A stretch of 64,000 nt of DNA, from assembly GCA_964621835.1 (NCBI GenBank), contig CAZUMA010000003.1:1727-65726 (forward strand). The letters are read 5' to 3'. This document shows, piece after piece, positions 28,818-37,407 of the stretch. The notes under the pieces are model-generated. The model was not told the DNA's origin. It saw only the letters and a list, made by a program, of their open reading frames with translations, and made no database searches. Within the stretch, counting starts at the first letter, position 1. Every line of letters starts with the position of its first letter. This stretch comes from an uncultured Anaerolineales bacterium. Lineage in GTDB: Bacteria; Chloroflexota; Anaerolineae; Anaerolineales; UBA11858. The translations under genes and the position numbers were made by a program.

Positions 28818-29186
28818 TTATTGAAGAACTTGTTTTAATTTTTCTTCCAGCTTCAGATACTCAGTTTTAATTTCAGGAATCCTTTGCGCGATTTGCTCTA
28901 ACAACCCATCCCTGCCCAGTTTCTCCAACTCATAAGCGTGAGCGCTGAGTTTCGTTCCCCCAACATTTGCGGCAGCTCCTTTGATGCTGTGGGAGATCCG
29001 CGTCGCAGACTCGGGATTCCGGCTTTCAACTGCTTTGCTCAGCTCTTCAATCAGGTTTGGTGTATCATCGATGAATATGTCCACAACAGCTGCAATCAGC
29101 TCCTGGTCATTCCCAAGGCGGTGATATAAATCAGCTTCATCAAATACTGCGGATTCGTCTTTAGTCAGGTTTGTTTGGGGATCCAT
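28818..29186 (-). CDS. Histidine phosphotransfer (Hpt) protein
   Basis: HSIKGAAANVGG phospho-His motif in a ~120-aa helical protein. Overlaps the 3' end of the kinase gene by 22 nt. Confidence 0.85.
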   Translation of the reverse strand: MDPQTNLTKDESAVFDEADLYHRLGNDQELIAAVVDIFIDDTPNLIEELSKAVESRNPESATRISHSIKGAAANVGGTKLSAHAYELEKLGRDGLLEQIAQRIPEIKTEYLKLEEKLKQVLQ

Positions 29187-31462
29187 TTTTCAAGCACCTT
29201 TGCTAATTCTTTCGGTTGGATTGGTTTTGATATGTAGTCATTCATGCCTGCTTCCAAACACCGTTCTCGATCTCCCTCCATGGCATGAGCAGTCAAGGCG
29301 ACAACTGGAATCCCGTGGTTGATCGCTTTCTGATCAAATTTCCGGATTTCCTCGGTGGCTTTCAAACCATCCATCTCCGGCATTTGCACATCCATCAAGA
29401 CCAAATCAAAATGGGATCCTCCCAGCGCTTCTAAGACCTCGAGGCCATTTTCAACAGGGTGGACAGTGAGGTCAAATTTACTGAGCATGGCCAGGGCAAC
29501 CTTGCGATTCACCAGATTGTCCTCCGCCAGGAGGATCCGGCTTGTTTCAGGACGGTTGGAGAATGGAGTGTATTCAGTAAAAAACCGGACCTCACCCGGA
29601 TCTTCTGCTCCGCTCTCTTGACTGAGAACCGCCCCAATCATGTCCACCAGTTTTCGCTGCTTTACCGGTTTGGTGAGGTAGCCTGCTGCCCCCATGTCTT
29701 GAAGCTGGGCAGCATCCATCCGCCTTCCCATGGAGGTGAGGATGATCACCTTGAGATCCCTGCCAACCGGATCGGACTTAACCCGCTTTAGGCACTCCAC
29801 ACCATCCATCCCCGGCATCTGCATATCCAGCAGAACGATCCGGTAAGGATCTCCTGACTGTTCAGCTTCCTGGAGGATGGAAACTGTTTGTTTACAGCAA
29901 TCGATGACATCAATCCGGGCATAATGTTTTGTCAGGGTTTTTTCCAGCAGCAGACGGTTTGTCGGATTATCATCGATGCCCAGAATTCTGACCCCCCGAA
30001 GGGGAATTGGCATTGACCGGTAGCTTCCCCGGGTAAGTTTTTCAAAAACAGCAGTAAACCAGAATGTGCTGCCTTTGCCAAACTCACTTTCCAGGCCAAT
30101 CTCCCCACCCATCATGGCGGATAACTGGGAAGAGATTGCTAATCCCAACCCTGTTCCCCCAAACTGCCTGGTTGTCGATCCATCCGCCTGCTGAAACCGG
30201 TTAAATATGGCTTCTTGGCGGTCTGCAGGCACTCCGATTCCTGTATCGTTGACGATGAACTTTAGTTTAATAGCTAGGTCAGTTTCTTCGATTGGCTCAA
30301 CCCGGATGCAGATCTCTCCCTGATCCGTAAATTTCACGGCGTTGCCGGTCAGGTTTACCAAAATTTGTCTCAATCGACCGGGATCTCCGACCAGCCGGGA
30401 GGGGAGATCTGGATTGAGATAGCTGGTCATCTCCAATCCCTTTTCTTCCGCCCGCAGGGCAAGCGTATGGGCAACGCTTTCTACAGTTTGGAAGAGGTCG
30501 AACTCTATCTCCTCCAGACCCAGATGGCCGGCTTCAATTTTTGAGTAGTCCAGAATATCATTGATAATTCCCAGCAAGGCTTCTGCGCTGGATTGGGCGG
30601 TGGTCAAGAATTCACGCTGCTCCGCTGTCAAATCCGTGTCCAGGGTGAGTTCAATCATTCCCATGATGCCGTTCATCGGAGTTCGAATTTCATGGCTCAT
30701 ATTCGCCAGGAACTCACTTTTTGCTTCATCGGCCTCTTCGGCATCTTTTTTGGCCTTCAGCAGGTCGGTCACATCATGGTAAATCCCCAACAAACCCTTC
30801 TGTTCTCCAGCAATCGCAATAGGAACACCCAATATTTTGACATCGATGCCCTGTCCATCTTTTCGTTTTCGTCTGTCAATCCCTTCAATCATCTCCCCAG
30901 CAGATACCCTGGCGGTGTATTCTTCCGCTTGAGCACTTGAATCATCAAATGTGATCAAATTGTCCAGTTTCTTCCCAATCAGTTCATCCTCCTGGTAGAG
31001 GAACAGCTCTTCAAAGGCAGGATTCACAGATTGAACTCTATAAGATGGATCAAGGACTACAATTGCTGCAGGACTGTGATCAAATAGCGACTCAAAATAC
31101 AGCTTTTCAAGCTCAAGCTCATGACGGGTCTGATTGATTTCTTTGACACGGTCCTCCACCCGGGATTCCAATTCCTGATTGATTTCTTCCAAGTGCTCAT
31201 ATTGAGCTCCGATGATCACGCCTGCTCCCCCTAAAAATACTGGCGCGCTCCCAATCACCCAATGTAGAGGTTGGGAGACTATCAATTCCACCACTGTGCG
31301 CAAAGTAAAGGGAACCTGGTGGATCCATAATACATCCAGCAGAATGCTGAAAACTGGAAAGAATACGCCAAACATCCAACCGTAGTGAAAGTATCTGGAG
31401 CGGAACCCTGCTTTAAGATCAACTGTATCCATCATTTCCTCATTTAGCTCCTGATCAGCCAA
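29165..31462 (-). CDS. Hybrid sensor histidine kinase (TM - PAS - HisKA - HATPase_c - REC - REC)
   Basis: H-box MSHEIRTPMNGI, N/G boxes (LTGNAVKFT, DTGIGV, GGTGLGL) and two receivers with DD...D...K residues. The start is uncertain (TTG 31462 or ATG 31435/31432). Confidence 0.9.
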   Translation of the reverse strand: MADQELNEEMMDTVDLKAGFRSRYFHYGWMFGVFFPVFSILLDVLWIHQVPFTLRTVVELIVSQPLHWVIGSAPVFLGGAGVIIGAQYEHLEEINQELESRVEDRVKEINQTRHELELEKLYFESLFDHSPAAIVVLDPSYRVQSVNPAFEELFLYQEDELIGKKLDNLITFDDSSAQAEEYTARVSAGEMIEGIDRRKRKDGQGIDVKILGVPIAIAGEQKGLLGIYHDVTDLLKAKKDAEEADEAKSEFLANMSHEIRTPMNGIMGMIELTLDTDLTAEQREFLTTAQSSAEALLGIINDILDYSKIEAGHLGLEEIEFDLFQTVESVAHTLALRAEEKGLEMTSYLNPDLPSRLVGDPGRLRQILVNLTGNAVKFTDQGEICIRVEPIEETDLAIKLKFIVNDTGIGVPADRQEAIFNRFQQADGSTTRQFGGTGLGLAISSQLSAMMGGEIGLESEFGKGSTFWFTAVFEKLTRGSYRSMPIPLRGVRILGIDDNPTNRLLLEKTLTKHYARIDVIDCCKQTVSILQEAEQSGDPYRIVLLDMQMPGMDGVECLKRVKSDPVGRDLKVIILTSMGRRMDAAQLQDMGAAGYLTKPVKQRKLVDMIGAVLSQESGAEDPGEVRFFTEYTPFSNRPETSRILLAEDNLVNRKVALAMLSKFDLTVHPVENGLEVLEALGGSHFDLVLMDVQMPEMDGLKATEEIRKFDQKAINHGIPVVALTAHAMEGDRERCLEAGMNDYISKPIQPKELAKVLEKWIPKQT

Positions 31463-31481
31463 AACATCCTACCTGCTCCCC

Positions 31482-31937
31482 TTAATCAGGTGGGGAGGGG
31501 ATCTCCACTCCTTGAAGCTCTTCAGGCAGGGGAGGTTCAGTCGGGGTGGGGGGTGCGGGAAAGGTCTCCACCTGATCCGGATCTGGAGGAATTTCATCTC
31601 CCCCGGAAACAGCCTGGATGGTTGGCGTTGGCAGGAGGGACTGATTTGCTGGCACTGATAGGACCTGGGTTGGGGGGCCTCCTGCAAAAACACGGACTTC
31701 AGGAGCAGCGGCTTCCTTTTGAATAAACCAGAAGTCCACCGCTGTGATGATCCCCAACAACACAATTAACCCGCGGATCAGCCAGGCTTTCCGGTGGCCC
31801 CCAATGACCTTCGGTGACCAGCCTGATTGGGAGATCTGCGGGGCAGAACTATCCTCCTGTTCGGCTTTTTCGCGTAGAAATGCTAAGGGATCCTCAGCTT
31901 CTGGTGATTGTTCCGGATTGAAGTTTTGATTTGTCAT
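31482..31937 (-). CDS. Hypothetical single-pass membrane protein with a proline-rich ectodomain
   Basis: One TM segment (LIRGLIVLLGIITAVDFWF) and a P/T/E-rich tail. Packed within the operon, 8 nt after the upstream stop. Confidence 0.45.
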   Translation of the reverse strand: MTNQNFNPEQSPEAEDPLAFLREKAEQEDSSAPQISQSGWSPKVIGGHRKAWLIRGLIVLLGIITAVDFWFIQKEAAAPEVRVFAGGPPTQVLSVPANQSLLPTPTIQAVSGGDEIPPDPDQVETFPAPPTPTEPPLPEELQGVEIPSPPD

Positions 31938-31945
31938 AGATGCCT

Positions 31946-33376
31946 CTACCGTCGACTCAGCTTAATTGATATTTGCTCTGTATTCTGGGGATTGAATACC
32001 GAAGACCATTTGTACTGATAACCATAGCTGGGATAAGCCAGGATGCGGTACCTTCCTGGGGAGAGCTGAAAAGCTGCCAGACCATCACTAGATGACCTCT
32101 TCCACTGCAGAAAGCGATAGTACGGTCCATCGAGTGAATATACAAGAAGATAACAATCGGGCACGGGGTCGTTTCGGTTATCAGTAACCTGGACGGTGAC
32201 CTGCCTGGGACCAACACTTATGATCAGGGATTGTGTCTGGGGAACAGATAAATATCCTGACCAGTAGCTTCTTCCCGCATAGTCAGCACGGAATTGGTAG
32301 TCTCCATCCAACAAAGAGAAGGTAGCAATCCCTGCAGAATCGGTTTGCAAAGACTTTCCTAAATACCCTCTTTCGGAGTTAAAAAGATGCACCGGGATTC
32401 CGGATATGCCACCCCCAGTATAATCCTCCACCTTAACCGCCACCCGGTACGGTCCCACCTCAATTCTTGTTGAACTGCTGGGGGGGATGCTGACCGTGGA
32501 AGACCAGTAGGATCTGCCGTGTGAATCGGCTCTGAATTGATACCGTCCCTGGTTTAGATCAATTTCTACAGATCCTCTCTCATTTGTTTGCGCGCTTTTA
32601 CCCAAGAACTGACCATCGGCATTAAAAGCATGAACAGCAACACCCACAGCAGGTTCTCCCTGGCGATTGACAACATTCACCCTGAAGGAAACCAAATCAA
32701 TTTCTATCCTCACCGATGATTGTTCAGGGAACATGACGACATCGGATGCATAGTCTTGACCCTGGTAATTTGCGCGAATGATGTAGCTGCCTTCCACAAG
32801 ATCCAGTGTGGTAGTTCCTGTGCTCGTTGTCCCAGTCACCCCTACGTAAGCTCCAGAGGGTTTATATGCAGACACCCCCACCCCTGGAATTCCTTCCCCA
32901 TTGGGATTGACAACCTCCACCAGCAGGGGGCCTTGTCCGGTTTGGATTTGTGTGGAGGTCATTCCCGGCACATAAGCCACCTCTGACCAGAACTCTTTTT
33001 GTTGATAATCAGCCCGGAAGGAATATTCCCCTGGTTCTAATTCCAAAAACTGGGCCCACCCCTGATCATCTGTTTGAATTTGTTCCTCTAAATACTGTCC
33101 ACTTTGATCAAAAATGGAAACAGGGACTTGAGCGATCCCCTCATCATTCAAATCAACCACCTGGACGCTGAGATCAGAATAAACGGGGGTGCCAAGCATA
33201 TCCGGAGTGGGTGTATTTCGTTGAAATGCTGAGACACTTTCCCGGTATAAATCGCCGGCTCCACCCCCCAAAAGGAGCAGTGTACTCACAATCGCAGCGG
33301 TGAGAAAGAACACCAAAACTATATATTCAACCAGACCCTGTCCGGATTCCTGCCTAATAGTATTCCAAGGTTTCAT
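31946..33376 (-). CDS. Flp-type prepilin-like N-terminus fused to five ~80-aa prealbumin/carboxypeptidase-regulatory-like repeats
   Basis: N-terminus MKPWNTIRQESG|QGLVEYIVLVFFLTAAIV fits G/xxxxEY. Five repeats each end in Y(S/I/Q/R)(F/I)(R/L)A(D/N/Y)...(Y/F)WS; AAGGATG RBS region. Confidence 0.6.
   Translation of the reverse strand: MKPWNTIRQESGQGLVEYIVLVFFLTAAIVSTLLLLGGGAGDLYRESVSAFQRNTPTPDMLGTPVYSDLSVQVVDLNDEGIAQVPVSIFDQSGQYLEEQIQTDDQGWAQFLELEPGEYSFRADYQQKEFWSEVAYVPGMTSTQIQTGQGPLLVEVVNPNGEGIPGVGVSAYKPSGAYVGVTGTTSTGTTTLDLVEGSYIIRANYQGQDYASDVVMFPEQSSVRIEIDLVSFRVNVVNRQGEPAVGVAVHAFNADGQFLGKSAQTNERGSVEIDLNQGRYQFRADSHGRSYWSSTVSIPPSSSTRIEVGPYRVAVKVEDYTGGGISGIPVHLFNSERGYLGKSLQTDSAGIATFSLLDGDYQFRADYAGRSYWSGYLSVPQTQSLIISVGPRQVTVQVTDNRNDPVPDCYLLVYSLDGPYYRFLQWKRSSSDGLAAFQLSPGRYRILAYPSYGYQYKWSSVFNPQNTEQISIKLSRR
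31955..33172 (-). repeat. Protein-level tandem array of five diverged ~80-aa beta-sandwich repeats inside the 31946-33376 CDS
   Basis: Repeat landmarks: GEYSFRADYQQKEFWS, GSYIIRANYQGQDYAS, GRYQFRADSHGRSYWS, GDYQFRADYAGRSYWS, GRYRILAYPSYGYQYKWS. Confidence 0.7.
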
Positions 33377-33856
33377 GGTTCTTCATCCTTCGATTCCTTC
33401 TGAGCCCAAAGTGTTGAACTGCTGCTAATATTTTTAGGTTATGCCGGAAAAAACTGGAGCTGACCAGGGTATTCTTGAGATCCAATTCTTTAAGGCTGAT
33501 CGTGTTTGGTTTGTCCCATTATATTTTAGATAAGATAAAAAACGATTCCTCCTTTCTTGATTGAAAGGCTTCTGATAGTGCATCCCTGACTACCTATCAA
33601 TTCTGAAACCAGAAAATGCGTCAGCGAGGCCTGGTGAGGGGCTGGGAGGAGGAGAAAACCGGGATGTGCTGATTGATCCAGCAAGACAAACCATCATCCC
33701 TGATGGCTGCTTCCGGTCAATGGATTAGGAAAATTGATTGTTTCTAATAGAGCAATTGGTCCAAAAAATAGACCAAAGGGATCTTAATTATCAAGATATG
33801 AAGAAACAATTGATCCGACCCTCATCCTCGAACCATATCCCCCCTGAGAGAGCAAT

Positions 33857-35440
33857 TTATTCGTTCGGTTGGGCTCTGTTCAGGTCCGCATGTAGTGTGA
33901 ATGATTGATCAGCAAATCTCAGTTGATCTCCATCCTGGAGCAGGTGGGCGTGATTGATCTCCAGGGGGTAATCATTCACCAGCGTTCCATTCTTACTGCC
34001 CAAATCAGTCAGAAGCAGCTCTCCTTTTTCCAGCTTGAAAAGCGCGTGACTCCGGGATACCTTGGTGCTGCGCAGCTGGAGGTCTGCCTCTTTACTTCGA
34101 CCAATGATGATTATCTCCTTCTTTAAAGGAATCTCCCGCCCCTCCTCATCAACCAACGTCCAGGTGGTATTCAGACTGAGTCGGGGGATCCGATCCACTT
34201 CAGACCACTCCTCAAGCTCTCCCGTAAATGCCAGTCCAATTCCCCGAACAATGATTTCTTCAGGATGATTGGGGAGGAATATTTTTTCTGATCCAAACCG
34301 GGCCTGAAGATCCTGAACCAAACTTGACAGGTGGAATCCCCCGCCGATCAGGATCACTCTGCCCACATCCGTCTCTGACAGGTTCATCGCCGCTAAAGCC
34401 CGGGAGATCAGCTGCTGAAATTTTTGATCCAGGTTGCGGCAGATGTTTTCAAAATGCTGCCGGCCTATCTTGATGTGATTCCGAAAAACCTGTTCATCCT
34501 GGGTAACCAGGGTGAACATGCGTTCTACAATCACATCCCCATGAGTGCCCTGATCCCGGATCTGCTGACTGATCGATTCTTTCAGCTCCTGGCCCAGCAA
34601 ACGCAAGGTGACAAAGGCAGCAGGATCAGCTTCCAGTGCTTTCGGGGTGATTTCCAGGGTATCCCGGAGGTGCTTGGCAATCACCGCATCGTACAACCCC
34701 CCCCCAAAGGGCTCTTGATAAATATCGACATTCAGCAAATTCCCGGTTTCCGGATCAAATTTCCTGGCATATATTGTCGTTTTGCTCCCGCCAACATCAA
34801 TGATCAGGTTGAACTCCCTGGTGTGCAGTTTCTGCAGCAATCCCTGGTGCTGGAGGCCCAGCAGCACCCCCTCCGATTCAGGGACAAAATGAACCTGTTC
34901 GTAAAGTTCCGGGGGAAAGGAGTCCAGCACAATATGGGAAAAATCATCAAATAGCGTTCCGTGATGCTCTTTCTGCCAGTGATCAGGAAAAGAAAATGTG
35001 AAGTGAACCTGTTCATCAAAGGGAGTCTGATGTTTTTCTTCCTGGATTTGCTGAATGACAGTTTTCAACAGCAACCGTGTGTAAAGCAGTGCCTGAAAAT
35101 GACTGTAGCGCTTTTGATGCGGCAGGGGTTCTTTCAAAAGGTGGGTCCCAATGGAAGGTTTAAAAAACTCCCGCACCCGGTTTCGGATGGTTTCGTCTTC
35201 AACATGCCCCAGGGAGGCTTCTCCCACGGCCACGACATCCGACCCATCTTCAGTCAGGGTCAGCACAGCTGGTAACCGCTGGTCGATGAAATTGGACAGA
35301 GGCGAGGAGAGCGGGCTGGTGACATGCTTGGCCCCTTCCTCGCCAAAATGATATTCCAACCTGTAGAGCCGCCAGTTTACGGCCCCACAGTCCAGTGCAT
35401 AAAGAGTGGTCGTGCTGTTTTGATCCATAGACCCTATCAT
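33857..35440 (-). CDS. Hsp70/actin-fold ATPase domain fused to a C-terminal FHA domain
   Basis: Sugar-kinase/Hsp70/actin phosphate-1-like YALDCGAVNWRL, phosphate-2-like IIDVGGSKTTIY and adenosine-like VILIGGGFHLSSL, then FHA IIIGRSKEADLQLRSTKVSRSHA...DLGSKNGTLVN. Confidence 0.7.
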   Translation of the reverse strand: MIGSMDQNSTTTLYALDCGAVNWRLYRLEYHFGEEGAKHVTSPLSSPLSNFIDQRLPAVLTLTEDGSDVVAVGEASLGHVEDETIRNRVREFFKPSIGTHLLKEPLPHQKRYSHFQALLYTRLLLKTVIQQIQEEKHQTPFDEQVHFTFSFPDHWQKEHHGTLFDDFSHIVLDSFPPELYEQVHFVPESEGVLLGLQHQGLLQKLHTREFNLIIDVGGSKTTIYARKFDPETGNLLNVDIYQEPFGGGLYDAVIAKHLRDTLEITPKALEADPAAFVTLRLLGQELKESISQQIRDQGTHGDVIVERMFTLVTQDEQVFRNHIKIGRQHFENICRNLDQKFQQLISRALAAMNLSETDVGRVILIGGGFHLSSLVQDLQARFGSEKIFLPNHPEEIIVRGIGLAFTGELEEWSEVDRIPRLSLNTTWTLVDEEGREIPLKKEIIIIGRSKEADLQLRSTKVSRSHALFKLEKGELLLTDLGSKNGTLVNDYPLEINHAHLLQDGDQLRFADQSFTLHADLNRAQPNE

Positions 35441-35641
35441 TAAAAAATTCTACCTGTCAGATCCCGGAGGGCATCTGATCTCACCTATTCTAAATTATAT
35501 CCAAGAATTATGTTATCCTGAACAAAAATCGGGGGATTCCCTGACCTGGGCCTCAGAGGACAAGTTCCCCTTGTGTTCGTGTTCCAAGAGAGGTAAGATC
35601 AACAAGGATGCAGTCAAACAAAGGAGGAACCGACCCGAAGG

Positions 35642-36781
35642 ATGGACAAACAAACTCTTGACCCTCAGCGGCAGGAACAAGCTCGGGAGTATGCTCGCAT
35701 TCGCCGCCGGTTTTTACTGCTGGATCTGGTGCTGGGATTCTTGCTGCTTCTGCTCTGGATTGTCACAGGATGGTCATCTGCCCTCAGAGATTGGATTTAT
35801 ACCTGGACGGAGACGCCATGGCTGGCAGTCGCTGCCTTCGGCGGAATTTTTGGGGGGGTATTTTATCTGCTTGACCTCCCCTTATCCTACTATACCGGAT
35901 ATATTCTGCCGCACCGCTACCAGCAATCAAACCAGACCCGGAAGGGCTGGATCACTGACCAGCTAAAAAACGCCCTTCTGGCCTTGATCCTTGGTGGGGC
36001 GTTGATCGAGGTGATATACCTGCTTTTGCGAACAGCTCCAAACACCTGGTGGATATGGGTTGGAGGGATTCTGCTGATCTTTAATATCCTGCTGGCCAAT
36101 CTTGCCCCGGTAATCATCTTACCCCTGTTTTATGAGTTCCATCCCCTTGATGAGGAGCATCAGGAGCTCAAAGACCGCCTGGTTAAACTTGCGGAAAGGG
36201 CGGGAACGGAGGTGGAGGGGGTCTTCAGGTTTGACATGAGCCGCCGCACCAAATCCGCCAACGCCGGGTTAACCGGCCTGGGGAATACCCGACGGATCAT
36301 CCTCGGAGATACTCTCCTCGAAGAATTTCCCGACGATGAAATCGAAACCGTATTAGCTCACGAACTCGGGCACCACGCACATCATGACATCCCCCTCGGA
36401 ATGGCAGTGCAATCCATCCTTACCCTGGGTGGGCTGTATGCAGCCAGCCTGGGATTATCCTGGGGAGTGGAGGTATTCGGCTTCCAATCCCCTGCGGATT
36501 TGGCTGCCCTGCCCCTGTTTGGGCTGGTGATGGGCTTTTATGGACTGCTGACCATGCCGGTGAGCAATGCCTACAGCCGCTGGCGTGAACGACTTGCAGA
36601 CCGGTATGCCCTGCAGATGACCGGGAAAGGGGAAGCCTACGCATCCGCATTAACCCGGCTGGCAAACCAGAATTTGGCGGAAATTGATCCCCCCCGCTGG
36701 GTCGAACTGCTCCTCTCCTCCCATCCTCCCTTATCCAAACGCATCCAGCTGGCCAGAAGATCAGGGAATTCAGCTCCCTGA
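35642..36781 (+). CDS. M48-family (Ste24/HtpX-like) zinc metallopeptidase
   Basis: HELGHHAHHD (HExxH) in a polytopic membrane protein. Confidence 0.85.
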   Translation: MDKQTLDPQRQEQAREYARIRRRFLLLDLVLGFLLLLLWIVTGWSSALRDWIYTWTETPWLAVAAFGGIFGGVFYLLDLPLSYYTGYILPHRYQQSNQTRKGWITDQLKNALLALILGGALIEVIYLLLRTAPNTWWIWVGGILLIFNILLANLAPVIILPLFYEFHPLDEEHQELKDRLVKLAERAGTEVEGVFRFDMSRRTKSANAGLTGLGNTRRIILGDTLLEEFPDDEIETVLAHELGHHAHHDIPLGMAVQSILTLGGLYAASLGLSWGVEVFGFQSPADLAALPLFGLVMGFYGLLTMPVSNAYSRWRERLADRYALQMTGKGEAYASALTRLANQNLAEIDPPRWVELLLSSHPPLSKRIQLARRSGNSAP

Positions 36782-36864
36782 GCGGCTTTTCCCACCAGCC
36801 AGCAGGCCTTTTTTTTTAAATCCTGACTTCAAGTCCAAAAAAGCAAACCACAAAGGAGGAATTC

Positions 36865-37326
36865 ATGGTTTTAGAAGCCGGTCAGAAAGCGCCAGATTTT
36901 ACTCTCCCTGATGAAAATGGGGAGCCTCACCAGCTCTCAGATTACCTGGGAAAGACTGTCCTGCTGTATTTTTATCCCAAAGATGACACGCCCGGCTGCA
37001 CCACCGAGGCATGCAGTTTTCGAGATGATTTCAGCGATTATAAAAAGGCCGGGGTTACCATCCTGGGCGTGAGCCCTGACTCGGTGGCATCCCATACACA
37101 GTTCAAAGAGAAACATCACCTTCCCTTCACGCTGCTGGCAGATGCGGATCACCAGGTCGCAGCACTGTATGGAGTATGGGGAGTGAAAAAGATCTTTGGA
37201 AAGGAATACGAGGGTGTATACCGGACAACATTCCTGATCAATCCGGAAGGGATCATCCAGGAGGTCTTTGAGCGGGTGAACCCAAAAGGACACAGCGAGG
37301 AAGTACTCTCCCTGGTTCAAGCATAA
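36865..37326 (+). CDS. bcp: Thiol peroxidase / peroxiredoxin Bcp
   Basis: YFYPKDDTPGCTTEAC peroxidatic-Cys motif; AAAGGAGG RBS. Confidence 0.9.
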   Translation: MVLEAGQKAPDFTLPDENGEPHQLSDYLGKTVLLYFYPKDDTPGCTTEACSFRDDFSDYKKAGVTILGVSPDSVASHTQFKEKHHLPFTLLADADHQVAALYGVWGVKKIFGKEYEGVYRTTFLINPEGIIQEVFERVNPKGHSEEVLSLVQA

Positions 37327-37354
37327 CAGAGCCAGTGACAGATCGGCTTAACCG

Positions 37355-37392
37355 AAACGACCCTGTGCCTTTGATCAAACACAGGGTCGTTT
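37355..37392. terminator. Bidirectional intrinsic terminator between convergent bcp and clpC
   Basis: 13-bp perfect stem AAACGACCCTGTG / CACAGGGTCGTTT with a 12-nt loop and T-rich sequence downstream. Confidence 0.75.
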
Positions 37393-37407
37393 AGGTTTTA
37401 GATTTTT

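Noticed and set aside
36782-36864. T9 run after the M48 peptidase gene, considered as an intrinsic terminator.
   Set aside because: I could find only a 3-4 bp stem before the T-run. That is not enough to call a terminator with confidence.
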